DNA of 64,000 bases, from NCBI RefSeq assembly GCF_009914755.1, contig NC_060936.1. The stretch is one strand, 5' to 3'. This DNA is from the human T2T-CHM13v2.0 reference genome, Homo sapiens. Each line of letters starts with the position of its first letter. Position 1 is the first letter of the stretch. The notes beneath the pieces are model-generated. The model was not told where the DNA came from and searched no databases. It worked only from the letters and a program-made list of their open reading frames with translations. Made by a program: the position numbers and the translations under genes. Below, in pieces: positions 25,831-38,390 of the stretch.

Positions 25831-26770
25831 TGTGGGGAAAGGAAAGAGAGATCAGACTGTTAATATGTCTGTGTAGAAAGAAGTAGACACAAGAGACTCC
25901 ATTTTGTTCTGTACTAAGAAAAATTCCTCTGCCTTGAGATGCTGTTAATCTGTAACCTTACCCCCAACCCTGTGCTCGTAGAAACACGTGCTGTGTCGAC
26001 TCAAGGTTTAATGGATTTAGGGCTATGCAGGATGTGCTTTGTTAAACAAATGCTTGAAGGCAGCATGCTCCTTAAAAGTCATCACCACTCCCTAATCTCA
26101 AGTACCCAGGGACACAAAACACTGCTGAAGGCCGCAGGGACCTCTGCTTAGGAAAGCCAGGTATCGTCCAAGGTTTCTCCCCATGTGACAGTCTGAAATA
26201 TGGCCTTGTGGAAAGGGAAAGACCTGACCGTCCCCCAGCCTGACACCCGTAAAGGGTCTGTGCTGAGGAGGATTGGTAAAAGAGGAAGGAACGGCTCTTT
26301 GCAGTTGAGACAAGAGGAAGGCATCCGTCTCCTGCTCGTCCCTGGGCAATGGAATGTCTCGGTATAAAACCCGATTGTATATTCCATCTACTGAGATAGG
26401 AGAAAACCGCCTTAGGGCTGGAAGTGAGACATGCTGGCGGCAATACTGCTCTTTAATGCACCGAGATGTTTATGTATGTGCACATCAAAGCACGGCACCT
26501 TTTTCTTAAACTTGTTTATGACACAGAGACATTTGTTCACATGTTTTCATGCTGACCCTCTCCCCACTATTACCCTATTGTCCTGCCACATCCCCCTCTC
26601 TGAGATGGTAGAGATAATGATCAATAAATACTGAGGGAACTCAGAAACCGGTGGGTCCTCCATATGCTGAGTGCCGGTCCCCTGGGCCCACTTTTCTTTC
26701 TCTATACTTTGTCTCTGTGTCTTTTCCTTTTCTCAGTCTCTGGTCTCACCCGATGAGAAATGCCCACAGG
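25831..26770 (+). mobile_element. HERV-K (HML-2) solo LTR5, LTR5B/A-like, with aberrant 3' end
   Basis: Starts tgtggggaaaggaaagagagatcagactgtt. Contains aaagtcatcaccactccctaatctcaagtacccagggacac, a TATA-like tataaaa at 26363-26369 and AATAAA at 26623-26628. No gag/PBS follows. Confidence 0.93.
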
Positions 26771-28572
26771 GCAGACCTCCACACAGGCTGTGGAGGGGCA
26801 GAGGCTCCACACAGCCTCCAGCTTGGGGGCTTCCATGTCACATGGCCACCCTGGCTGCCAGGAGGAGAATGCAGAGAATGGTCTGTAAGGGAGCAAGGAC
26901 CGAAGCAGGGAGGCCAGGCAGTGGCCGTAACAGTCCCGCAGAGATAGCGAGGGCTTAGGCGGGGTACCACTGGTAAAAAATAAATAAATTAATTAAATAA
27001 AATAAAAAATAAAAAGTCAAATTCTAGATATTTTTTGAAAATAGAGCTGACAGAATTTGCTGAACACAAAAATGCAGAGTATAACGAAAGAGAGGAGGTA
27101 AGGATGATGCAAAAGGTTTTGATGTGAGCAGCTGAAAGGGTGGAGTTTCCATCAACAAGCATGGGGAAAACTGGGTGGCCTTTCTAGCTTTGTCTGGCAT
27201 TTGGGCGAAAGACTGGCCCTTGGACTGAGAAAGGCATTACAGGGTTGAGACAATTAAAGGTTTTTGAACTAAGTAATTGGAAATCAGAGTGGCCATTAAC
27301 TGTGATAGGAATCCTGGGGGAGAAGTTTGGTTTGGGACATATTAAATTTGAGATCAAAAGTAGATATTCATAGAATGTCCAGTAGACAGGTTTCAAATCT
27401 GGAGTATGTGTTTAAAACCCTGAAACTGGATGAGAAATAATGGAGTAAAGGTAGGGAGAGAAAAGATCCAAGGAATAAGCTGTGGGGCAAATTAGGAAAA
27501 CCTGGGAAAGGAGATAGCGCAGGAACAATCAGTGAGGAAGAAGAACCAAGAGAGAGAGATGCTGTGGTGGCCAGATGAAGAAAGTGTATCAGGAAGGCAG
27601 AAAGGGCAACCAGCTGTCCCACATGCCATGTCGCTGGTTATCCACTCAGAGAGTGGCCTGCAACCTCGACAAGAGCTGTTTAGGGGAAGTAGTGGGGATA
27701 CATGTCTGATGAGTAAGAGTTCAAGAGAACATAGGAGAAAAATTCTTCGCAGTGCAGACAATTACAATTTAAAACTCTGTGGGTGAATTTTACTGTAAAG
27801 AGGAGCAGGTAAATGGGGTAATAATTAGAGGAAGAAGGTTTTCTACATTTTTTCTTTTAATATGGGAGATATTAGAGCTTCTTTGTATGCTGATGGGAAT
27901 GATCCAAGAGCCAGAGGAACCTAGTGATGCAGGAGAAGCGAGGTGGCTGCCTCCCAGAGAAGAGAGATGTGCAATCTGGTGTTGGGGAGGGTCCCAGATG
28001 GGACCGTGGAGAGGACAGGAGGGCAGGCTGTGCAAGCTCAGGGGCAGAGAGGCTGGAGGATTGGGGGCCAGAGAGGGGAGAGGTTGTTCACTAATGGCTC
28101 CCACTCCTTCAGTGAAAGAGAATTGGGGTGAAGGAGGAGGTGCTAAGGGTTTGAAGGGAGAAGAAAGATAATGAAACTTTTACTCAGTAGAGTGAATAGG
28201 CTAGGGAAACACACTGGGCCTAGGAAAAAGATACTTCCAACCCAAATTTCCAGGATCCATGGAGCATGGGAAAGGAAAAAAGCTGCCAAATAAAGGAATG
28301 GGATGGAGGTGGTGGAAAAGGGAAAAAAACAGAAAGGGGACTGAAGGTTTTAGGGACTGTAGATTCCATCCATTGCACAGTTGGCCAGAGGCTGTTGCAT
28401 GGGCAACATCAGAGTGTAGGCTTCGGAATCAGGTACAGACAGGAAAAAGGACAGGCTACACTACTTACTACCTTCAGCAAGACACTGAACAACCTCGATT
28501 TCTTCATCTGTAAAATGAAAACCATAAAACTTACTTCATGGCATTGTTATTAGGATTAAATGAAATCATGAA

Positions 28573-28848
28573 CAGTTGACCCTTGAACAACATTGAATTG
28601 AGCAGATCCACTTATTTTGTTCTGCATCTGTCACCCCTGAGACAGCAAGACTAACTCCTCCTCTTTCTCCTCCTTCTCAGCCTACTCAACTTGAAGATGA
28701 CAAGGATGAGGGACTTTATGCTGACCCGCTTCCACTTAATGAATAGTAAATATATTTTCCTTGTGATTTTCTTAATAGCATTTTCTTTTTCTCCAGTTTA
28801 TTTCATGGTAAAATACAGTATACAATACATATACAAAATATATGTTAA
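28573..28848 (+). mobile_element. Tigger2a (MER28) left half
   Basis: cagttgacccttgaacaac TIR; cccctgagacagcaagac...cagcctactcaac...ccacttaatgaatagtaaata; ends ...tatgttaa. Confidence 0.88.
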
Positions 28849-31800
28849 CTTTTTTGGCACTATTGACTTTTTAAAGTTTTAATTTTTTTATTTCAATAGT
28901 TTTTGGGGAACAAGTGGTGTTTGGTTGCATGGAAAATTTCTTTAGGTGTGATTTCTGAGATTTCGGTGTACCTGTCACCTGAGCAATGTACACTGTATCC
29001 AATGTGTAGTTTATCCCTCAGCTGGCTCCCACCTTTTTCCATGAGTCCCCAAAATCCATTATATCATTATGACTTTGCATCCTCATAGTTTAGCTCCCAC
29101 TCATAAATGAGACCATATGATGTTTGGTTTTCCATTCCTGAGTTACTTCACTTAGAATCATGGTCTCCAACTCCATCCAGGTTGCTGCAAATGACATTAT
29201 TTCATTCCTTTTTATGGCTGAGTAGTATTCCACGGTATACATAATATATACCACATTTTCTTTATCCACTTGTTGGTTGATGGGCATTTAAGCTGGTTGC
29301 ATAGTTTTTCAGTTGTGAATTGAGCTGCTATAAACATGCATGTGCATGTGTCTTTTTCATATAATGACTTCTTTTCCTCTGGGTGGATGCCCAGGAGTGG
29401 GATTGTTGGGTCATTCTACTTTTGGTTATTTAAGGAATTTCCATACTGTTTTCCATACTTATTGTACTAGTTTACATTTCCACCAGCAGTGAAAAGTGTT
29501 CTGTTTCCTTTTCACCACATCCGCACCAACATCTGTTATTTTTTTATTTTTTAATGATAGCCATTATTGCTGAAGTAAGGTGATATCTCATTGTGGTTTT
29601 AATTTGCATTTTCCTGATGATTAGGGATGTTGAACAATATGCTTGTTGGCCATTTGCATATCTTCTTTTGAGAAATATCCATTCATGTCCTTTGCCCACT
29701 TTTTGATGGGATTATTCATTTTTTCTTGCTGATTTGTTTGAGTTCCTTGTAGATTCTGGATATTAGTCTTGTGTCAGATGCATAGTTTGCGAATATTTTC
29801 TCCCACTCTCTGGGGTGTCTGTTTACTCTGCTGATTATTTCTTTTGCTGTGCATAAGCTTTTTAGTTTAATTAGGTCCCATCTGTTTGTCTTTGTTTTTA
29901 TTGCATTTGCTTTTGGGTTCTTGGCCATGAACTCTTTGCCTAAATCGATGTCTAGAAGGGTATTTCCAATGTTATCTTCTAGAATTTTTATGACTTCAGG
30001 TCTTAGATTTAAGTCTTTGATGTATCTTGAGTTGATTTTTGTGTAAGGTAAGAGATGAGGATCCAGCTTCATACTTCTACATGTGGCTTGCCAATTATCT
30101 CAACACCATTTGTTGAATAGGGTTGTCCTTTCCCCACTTTATGTTTTTGTTTACTTTGTTGAAGATCAGTTGGCTGTACAGATTTGGCTTTATTTCTGGG
30201 TTCTCTATTCTGTTTCATTGGTCCACATGCCTATTTTTCTACTAGTACCATGCTGTTTTGGTAACTATGGCCTTGTAGTATAGTTTGAAGTTGGGTAATG
30301 TGATGCCTCTCGATTTGTTATTTTTGCTTAGTCTCACTTTGGTTATGTCGGCTCTTTTTTGGTTCCATTTTAGGATTGTTTTTTCTAATTTTGTGAAGAA
30401 TGATGATAATAGTATTTTGATGGAAATTGCATTGATTTTAGCGATCGCTTTTGACAGTACGGTCATTTTCACAATACTGATTTTACCCGTTCATGAGCAT
30501 GAGATGTGTTTCCATTTGTTTGTGTCATCTATGATTTCTTTCAGCAGTGTTTCATAGTTTTCCTTGTAGAGATCTTTCACCTCCTTTGTTAAGTATATTC
30601 TTAAGTATTAAGTATTTTATTTTATTTTATTTGCAACTTTTGGAAATGGGTTGAGTTCTTAATTTGATTCTCAGCTTAGTTGCTATTGGTGTATGGCAGT
30701 ACTACTGATTTGTATATATTGATTTTGTATCCTGAAACTACTGAATTTATTTATCAGATCTAGAAGCTTTTTGGATGTCTTTAGGGTTTTCTAGGTTTAT
30801 GATCATATCACTGGCAAATAACAATAGTTTGATTTCCTTTTAACCTATTTGTATGCCCATTATTTCTTTCTCTTGTCTGATTGCTCTGTCTAGGACTTCC
30901 AGTACAATGTTGAATAGAGGTGGTGAAAGTGGGCATTGTTGTCTTGTTCCAGTTCTCTGGGGGAATTCTTTCAACTTTTTCACTTTCAGTATAATGTTGG
31001 CTGTGGGTTTGTTATAAATGGCTTTTATTACCTTGAGGTATGTCCCTTCTATGCCGATTGTGCTGAGAATTTTAATCATAAAAGGATGCTGGATTTTGCC
31101 AAGTGCTTTTTCTGCATCTGTTGAGATAATCATACGATTTTTGTTTTTAATTCTATTTATGTAATGTATCATATTTATTGACTCACATATGTTAAACCAT
31201 CCCTGCATCCCTTGTATGAAACCCACTTGATCATGGGGTATTATCTTTTTGATTTGCTGTTGGATTCAGTTAGCTAGTATTTTGTTAAGGATTTTTGCAT
31301 CTATGTTAATCAGGAATATTGGTCTGTAGTTTTCTTTTTTTGTTATGTCCTTTCCTGGTTTTTGTATTAGGGTGATACTGGCTTCATAGACTGATTTAGG
31401 GAGGATTCCCTCTTTCTCTATCTTTTGAAATAGTTTCAGTAAGATTGGTACCAGTTCTTCTTTGAATGTGTCAGTAGAATTTAGCTGTGAATCCACCTGG
31501 TCCTGAACTTTTTTTTCTTTTGGTGATTTTTAAATTACTGTTTTAATCTCGTTGCTTGTTATTGGTCTGTTCAGAGTTTCTATTTCTTCTTATTTAATCT
31601 AGGCAGGCTGTATATGTCCAGGAATTTATCCATCTCCTCTCAATTTTCTAGTTTGTGTGCATAAAGTTGTTCATATTAGCCTGAATGATCTTTGTATTTT
31701 TGTGGTATTGATTGTAATATCTCCTGCTTCATTTCTAATTGAGCTTATTTTGATCTCGCTTCCTTTCTTGGTTAATCTTGCTAATGGTCTACGAATTTTG

Positions 31801-32256
31801 TTTAACTTTTCAAGGAACCAGCTTTTTCTTTCATTTATCTTTTGTATTTTGTTTGTTTGTTTGTTGCTATTTCATTTAGTTCTTTTCTGATCTTTGTTAT
31901 TTCTTTTCTTCTGCTGGGTTTGTGTTTGGTTTGTTCTTGTTTATATAGTTCCTTTGAGGTGTGACCTTGATTGTCTGTTTTTGCTCTTTCAGACTTTTTT
32001 ATGTAGGGATTAAATGCTGTGAACTTTCATCTTAGTATCACTTTTGTTGTTTCCCAGAGGTTTTGGTAAGTTGTGTCACTGTTGTTATTCAGTTCAAAGA
32101 ATTTTTTAATTTCCATCTTGATTTTATCTTTGACCCAAAGATCATTCAGGAGCAGATTATTTAATTCCATGTATTTGTATAGTTTTGAAAGCTCCTATTG
32201 GAGTTAACTTCTAGTTTTATTCCATTGTGGTCTGACAGGGCACTTGATATAATTTT
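28849..32256 (-). mobile_element. L1PB (L1PB1-like) 3' segment: decayed ORF2 (RT region) to 3'UTR
   Basis: Minus-strand ORF fragments [12 protein letters not shown]..., [21 protein letters not shown]..., [20 protein letters not shown]... are L1 ORF2. The 3'UTR is L1PB type (gtgatttctgagattt...ccattcctgagttacttcacttagaat). Confidence 0.93.
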
Positions 32257-34088
32257 GAAGGAATCAGAAAAGTAATTCTGGTAATATGACAAAACAAGCT
32301 TCTGTAACACTCCCAGAAGAACACATTAGCTCCCCATCAATGGACCCAAATCAAGAAGAAATCTCTGAATTGCCAGATAAAGAATTCAGAAGGTTAATTA
32401 TTAAGCTACTCAAGTAGATACCAGAGAAAGGTGAAAAACAACTTAAAGAAATTTAAAAAACAATACAGGATATTGTTTAAAAAATTCTCCAGAGAAATAG
32501 GTAACACAAAGAAAAAACAATCACAACTTCTGGAAATGAAAGACACACTTAGAAAAATACAAAATGCACTGGAAAGTGTCAACAATAGACTAGAACAAGT
32601 AGAAGAAAGAACTGCAGAGCTCAAAGACAGGGCTTTTGAATTAACCCAATCAGACAAAGACAAAGAAAAAAGATTTTAAAAAATGAACCAAGTTTCCAAG
32701 AAATTTGAGATTATATTAAACAGCCAAACCTAAGAATAATTGGTGTTCCTGAGGAAGAAGAGAAATCTAAAAGTTTGGAAAACTTATTTGGGGGAATAAT
32801 TGAGGAAAACATCCCTGGCATCACTAGAGATCTAGACATCTGAATACAAGAAGCTCAAAGAACATCTGGGAAATTTATTGCAAAAATAATCATATCCTAG
32901 GCTCACAGTCATCAGATTATCAAAAGCCAAGGTGAAGGAAAGAATCTCAAGAGCTGTGAGGCAAGAGCATTACCTATTACTTGATAGGTAGCAAAACTAT
33001 TTCAAGTAATATTACCAGAATTACTATACAGGAAAGAGCTGTGAGGCAAGAGCATCAGGTAACCTATATAGGAAAACCTATCAGATTAATAGCATATTTC
33101 TCATCAGAAATTCTACAAGCCAGAAGGGATTGGGGTCCTATCTTTAGCCCCCTCAAACAAAATAATTGCCAGCCAAGAATCTTGTATTCAGCAAAACTAA
33201 GCTTCATAAATGAAGGAGAGATAAAGTCTTTTTCAGACAAACAAATGCTGAGAGAATTCACCACAACCAAGCCAGCACTAAGAGAAATGATAAGAATTTG
33301 AAATCTTGAAACAAAACTTTGAAATACACCAAAACACAACCTTATTAAAGCATCTCACAGGGCTATAAAGCAATAACACAATGAAAAAAACCTAAGGTAT
33401 TCAGGCAACAAGTAGCATGATGAATAAAACAGTACTTCACATCTCAATAACAACACTGAATGTAAATGGCCTAAATGCTCACTTAAGAGATACAGAATGG
33501 CAGAATGGATAAATATCCCAACCAAGTATTTGCTGTCTTCAAGAGACTCACCTAACACATAAAGACTCACATAGACTTAAGGTAAAAGGGTAGAAAGAGA
33601 TATTCCATGCAAATGGAAACCAAAAGTGAGCAGGAGTAGCTATTTCGGTAACAGAAAAAACAGACTTTAAAGCAACAACAGTTAAAAAAAGACAAAGAGT
33701 GGCATCATACAATGATAAAAGGATCAGTCCAACAGGAAAATATCACAATCATAAGTATATATGCACCTAATAACAGAGCTCTCAAATTTATAAAACAATT
33801 ATTACTAGACCTAAGAAATGAGATAGATGGCAACACAATAATATTGGGGGACTTCAATACTCTACTGACAGCACTAGACAGAAAGTAAGCAAAGAAAAAA
33901 CAATGGACTTAATCTGTACCCTAAAACAAATGGCTTAACAGATATTTACAGAACATTCTATCCAACAACCTCAGAATATACATTCTTTTCATCAGCACAT
34001 GGAACATTACCCGAGATAGACTATATGATTGGCCACATAACAGGTCTCAGTAAATTTAAGAAAACTGAAATTATATCAAGTACCCTGT
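32257..34088 (+). mobile_element. Inverted 5' segment of the same L1PB: ORF1 and ORF2 endonuclease start
   Basis: Plus-strand ORF1 fragments (LLEMKDTLRKIQNALES.NNRLEQVEER; QARRDWGPIF...QPRILYSAKLSF..EGEIKSFSDKQMLREF) and endonuclease sequence (ctgaatgtaaatggcctaaatgctc; tatatgcacctaa; ggggacttcaatac). Confidence 0.93.
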
Positions 34089-34232
34089 TAATCAACTTTT
34101 TATGTTATGGGTAAGGCTTCTGGTCAACAATAGGCTGTTAGTTAAGTTTCAGGGAAGTCCAAAGTGATACACAGATTTTCAGGTCTGCAGGGGGTTGACG
34201 CCCCTAACTCCCATGTCATTCAAGGGTCAGCT
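34086..34232 (+). mobile_element. Tigger2a (MER28) right half
   Basis: tgttaatcaac...ggtaaggcttctggtcaaca...cccctaactccc...ttcaagggtcagct TIR. Continues exactly where the left half stopped. Confidence 0.88.
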
Positions 34233-34479
34233 ATATATAAAAGTCCTTGACATAGTGAGCTCACAGCACAAGAGCCGTGCATCTACCTGAAGCCTCACAA
34301 GCCAAGCCTGGAGTGCCTCTGAGACTCTGAGCATGGCATCAGCACTTGGTGTGACCTGCCTCTTCCTGGATTAGCAGGCTCACCTCCCACTAGCATTTCT
34401 GTCTCACTTACCCTCAAGTTCAAGCTCGGCCTCTTCCTCCTGTATTTAAAGGCCCAGGAGAAGTAGAAGGAAGGGGGCA

Positions 34480-34800
34480 GAGACTATTGCTTGCCTCTGC
34501 AAAATCTATCTTCCTCTTTCCTTCACCAATAGACCCCTCCTTTTTAAGGTGATATGGGGCAATGTGTCCAGCAAAGAAAACTACTGTTCCCAGACTTCCT
34601 TTTAGAGAGGAGTGGCTGTGTCACTAAGTCCTGGACAATAATATGTAGATAGAAGTTATCAGTGGGGCTTCCAGAAAATTCCTTTAGAAAGGAGTCTAAC
34701 TCAGCAGGCAGTCTCCTGTTTTACTCTCCACTTCCTCCTTACCTTTCCCTGGAATGAAGGGATGACTGGAGCAGAGGCTACCAGGCAGCCCTGATGTGGC
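34480..34800 (+). mobile_element. MLT1J-like LTR fragment
   Basis: caatgtgtccagc...actactgttcccagacttcct...tgtgtcactaagtcctggacaat. Confidence 0.5.
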
Positions 34801-37800
34801 CTTGAGGAGAGGAGCCAGCACCAGTACTACTGCTTGATCCCTGCCAGAGGAGCTGTGTGTTTGTTTCAGCTGCCTTCCAGCCATGCCCCTACCCACACAG
34901 TGAGAAGTACCCCCTTCTAAACCACTTTGCATATACCCAGGACCCCAGGATTTCCTGACTGTATGGCTCCAAGCCCATTTGCAAGGCTGTGTCATCTTCC
35001 CTGGGTCTGTCTCCCCAATATGGACCATGTCTTCAGTGTGTGCACTCCTAAGTCCTAAGAGATACCCTGGGAAGATAGCCAGGGAAGACCTCTCTAAGAA
35101 AGCAATATTTGAGCAGAGAACCAAATAAAGCACAGGAACAAGCAATGTGAGGATCTCAGCAAAAGAGCCTTGAGCACAGAGGCCTTACGTGCAGGAGATT
35201 GGCATGGCTGAGGAAGCCATGGGGCCTGCCCATCTGGGGTGCTGGCACTGCAGGGCTCATCTCAGATCCCACCCCTCCTTCTTCCCACCCAAGCCAGCCC
35301 ACACCCCTAGAGCTACTTCACAGTGGTCATGGAATTCCACTTCCTAAAAACCATTTTGAATCAAATAAATTCCGAATGTAAGTTCTAAATATTAGTCTTT
35401 TGCCCTCCTGAAATATTTCAAGTATTTTGAACACTGTTCCCACCCCGGCCAAGGTTATCATGATACTGACTGGAGGCTGGGGCAAGTTCGTGTCGAAAGG
35501 CTGGTCTGTTTTATCTGTTCCAGTTGCCATTCTCTCTTACTCAGAACATGGTTTCCTTTCATCTCAGACTAATTTCTTCCAGGCCCTGAGCTCATTTGCC
35601 CATTTAGTCTCTGTCATACCAGTCTGGGATGAGTTTGATATGGTTCCTGGCCTGGAGGCAGGAAGATGAGTGAGGTAACCTCCAGAGAAATCCACAAGCC
35701 ACTGGAATCATCGGTGTCTCTGAGTCATGCCACCACCAACCGGGCCAGAGTTTGGCATATTTCAGCATCTTGGGGTCCTTTCTTGGCGGGAGGGAGAGAA
35801 GGGGTGGAAAGGAATTAAGTGTAGTCAAGGGAAATGCTGTAAGTACTGTCCTCCCACTCCTGGAAACAATTTATTGCATGGAAAAGATAGCAGGTGTTCA
35901 TTAAAGTGGGCTTCTCAGCATGTAAATCCATGATGTAGTGTTGAGAAAACATAAGTTGCCATCAGTGCAGATGTATCTTAGCCACTTGGTAGCCCTTGGA
36001 AAAGACCCCAATTGTCTCCCAGTAAATTCACTGGAACATAATAAAGGCAGAGGATCTCTAGGGCTCTGAGGCTGTAATTAACACATTTCCACAGGATTAC
36101 ATTGCAAATGATAATTACTAGCATTTGGAGAGGTGGGATGGGGAAGTGGGGGGACATGAGCAACTGGAGACACACAAACTTTTGTCTTCACTCTAGTCTT
36201 ATCAGGAAATCTGGAAGGTCCAAAATTTTTTGGTAAGATTTCCACCGAGAAGCCAAGTTGACAGAAGCCAAAGATTTTCCCATCTTGGATCTAATTTATG
36301 TTCTGGAATCAAAGCACAGGTAGGCAGCTACCCCACTTGTTTCCTTTGGAATGAACTCAGGCACATTTCTCCTGGGTTTGTTTATGTTGACTGCCTGCAG
36401 CGACTTAAAAGCCTTAAGCCAAGACGGGGCAACTCTCCAGGGTGGGGTGGGCAGGGCAGAGGGCAAGTGGGAATTGATGGGACTTCCAGGATTAGGTATC
36501 CAAGAATTGGTAGCTTTGTGTGTGGAGATATTTTAACATTCTGCACTTGGCGCACCTAAACTCCTAGCAATTAAAGGATCCAGAGCCCACCTGCTGTGAT
36601 AAGCATCACTCCTTTATCTACTTCCAGGATCACAGGAAGGATGAGGGGGGCCTCCAGGGAGGAGCTGGGATGGTCTAGGGGCACACTTGGAGAACTTGTG
36701 GGGTAACAGCCATTTATAATCTAATACCAAAGTATTTCCATATTCTTAGTCCCTGGTGTGGTCCTGCTGTTATGTGTCAACCAAATGTCAACTTTCAATC
36801 TCTCTGATGTAGCAAGGAAGAGAGATGCATTGAGCCTGGGAAGAGGAGAGCACTGTTGCTTTCTGACAAAAGCCTCATCATGGACCCACCTCCTAAATAC
36901 TCCACGGCAACTCCAGCCCCACATTTCCTCTTCCCTCCCTCCCTCCTTTCCTGCCTTCCTTTCTTGCAGCAACCAATCTTTACTGAACATAAACCATGTG
37001 ACTGTGTTCCAGGCACGGTATCAGGCTTCAGATTCTAATGATAATGAATGTACGCCCACTTCCCTTAAGGGAAGTCATGCAGATGAGTGGGCTGTGTGTA
37101 CCTTTCCATTGAGTGGGAGCTCTGCTCTGAAGCTGCCAGTGCCCAGGCAAAGCAGCAGGGGGTTGGTGGAAGAAGCTTGAAGAGCAGGGAATGTGTGAGA
37201 AGGCTGTGTCCGAGTCTGTGAAATATGGTATAAAGGAAAGAGCCAGCTATTCACTGTGTGGCCGGGAAGTGAGCAGCCTTGAGTGGGGAACCACAGGTCA
37301 GTGTAAAACCATGGGTTGCGACCTGGCAGCAAACCAGAGACAAGCACTCCAGATGCAGTGAAGGCACAGGGAGGGAAGAGGAGGTGACAGCAAAGGGTTT
37401 ATGCAATTAAATAGTGGAAAATAGGGCAGGAAGAAAATTGGTAGCAGACTGGCATTGAGGAAATGGCATGGCCTGTGAGACAGACCGAGGTTTCACTTCT
37501 GACTCTTGAATGTATTAGCTACCTGCCTGTGGGTGAGTTAGAGAATGTCTTAGAGCACCACCTTTTCCATCCATAAAATTGAGTTAATGTTTAACGTATG
37601 GGTGTTGCAGGGATTAGAAATAATGAATATGATGTGCCTGCTATAAAACTGGTCCCAGTGAATTGGTCCCTATCTACCTTCCTCACTCTCACTCCACAGC
37701 CCTTCCAACCCCAGACCCACACTTGCTACGGAGTTCCCCCTCACAGAATGAAGGAGGTGATGGGGGAGAAGTTTATTGAGGGAGTTGGTGGAGCCCCAAG

Positions 37801-38242
37801 CCTGTGCCACATGGGCATGACCACAGCAGATCTGAAGTCTTCCTCCAGTCCTAAGGAGCACCAGGGAAGGGCATGCCCAGGGATAGGAGATGAGGCTGGC
37901 ATAAGATTGTGGATGGAGCCCCGGGCATGAAGCTGAGGGAAGGGCACAGAGCTCAGCCGAGTGGGGATGGTATAGATGCAGAGGGAGGCCAAGCCAGGGG
38001 TGGGCACCCCATGAAAGCTGGGCACTGGGGAAGGCTCGGCGGCAGGACCCACAGCCGGTTTGGAGTGGCACTGCTCCTGCTGGAACAACAGGGATTGTGT
38101 ACTCAAAGGGCCTAGCTAGATATTCAGCAAAGCAGTGTAACCTCTGGTGTTTTAGTGAACTTAGTGAATTGATAACCCTGTTGTCAGTTACCTGACACAC
38201 TCAGTATAGTCTCTGATCTCTCTCCCTAGTTTAACTGTCCTG

Positions 38243-38390
38243 TTTTTGTTTATTTTTAGTTTAGAGATGGGGTCTCGCTACACTGCCCAGGCTGGAGTAC
38301 ATGGCAATTCACAGGTGTGACCATTGTGCTTTACAGCCTTGAACTCCTGGGCTCAAGTGATCCCCCACCTCAGCCTCCCATGTAGCTGTA
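38243..38390 (-). mobile_element. FAM (fossil Alu monomer)
   Basis: gagatggggtctcgcta...ggcaattcacaggtgtgaccattgtgctttacagccttgaactcctgggctcaag retains the 7SL-like 'ttcacagg' segment absent from dimeric Alus. Confidence 0.75.

Noticed and set aside
26885-26890. gtaagg as the 3' TSD of LTR5
   Set aside because: It lies ~100 bp beyond the LTR, inside resumed L2 sequence, so it is a chance match.
25939-26970. ORFs within LTR5 as HERV-K proteins (Rec/Np9/Env)
   Set aside because: This is a solo LTR with no internal proviral sequence, so the ORFs are incidental.
29716-33301. L1 ORF1/ORF2 fragments as functional genes
   Set aside because: Multiple stops and frameshifts, an inversion, and no 5'UTR promoter: a dead copy.
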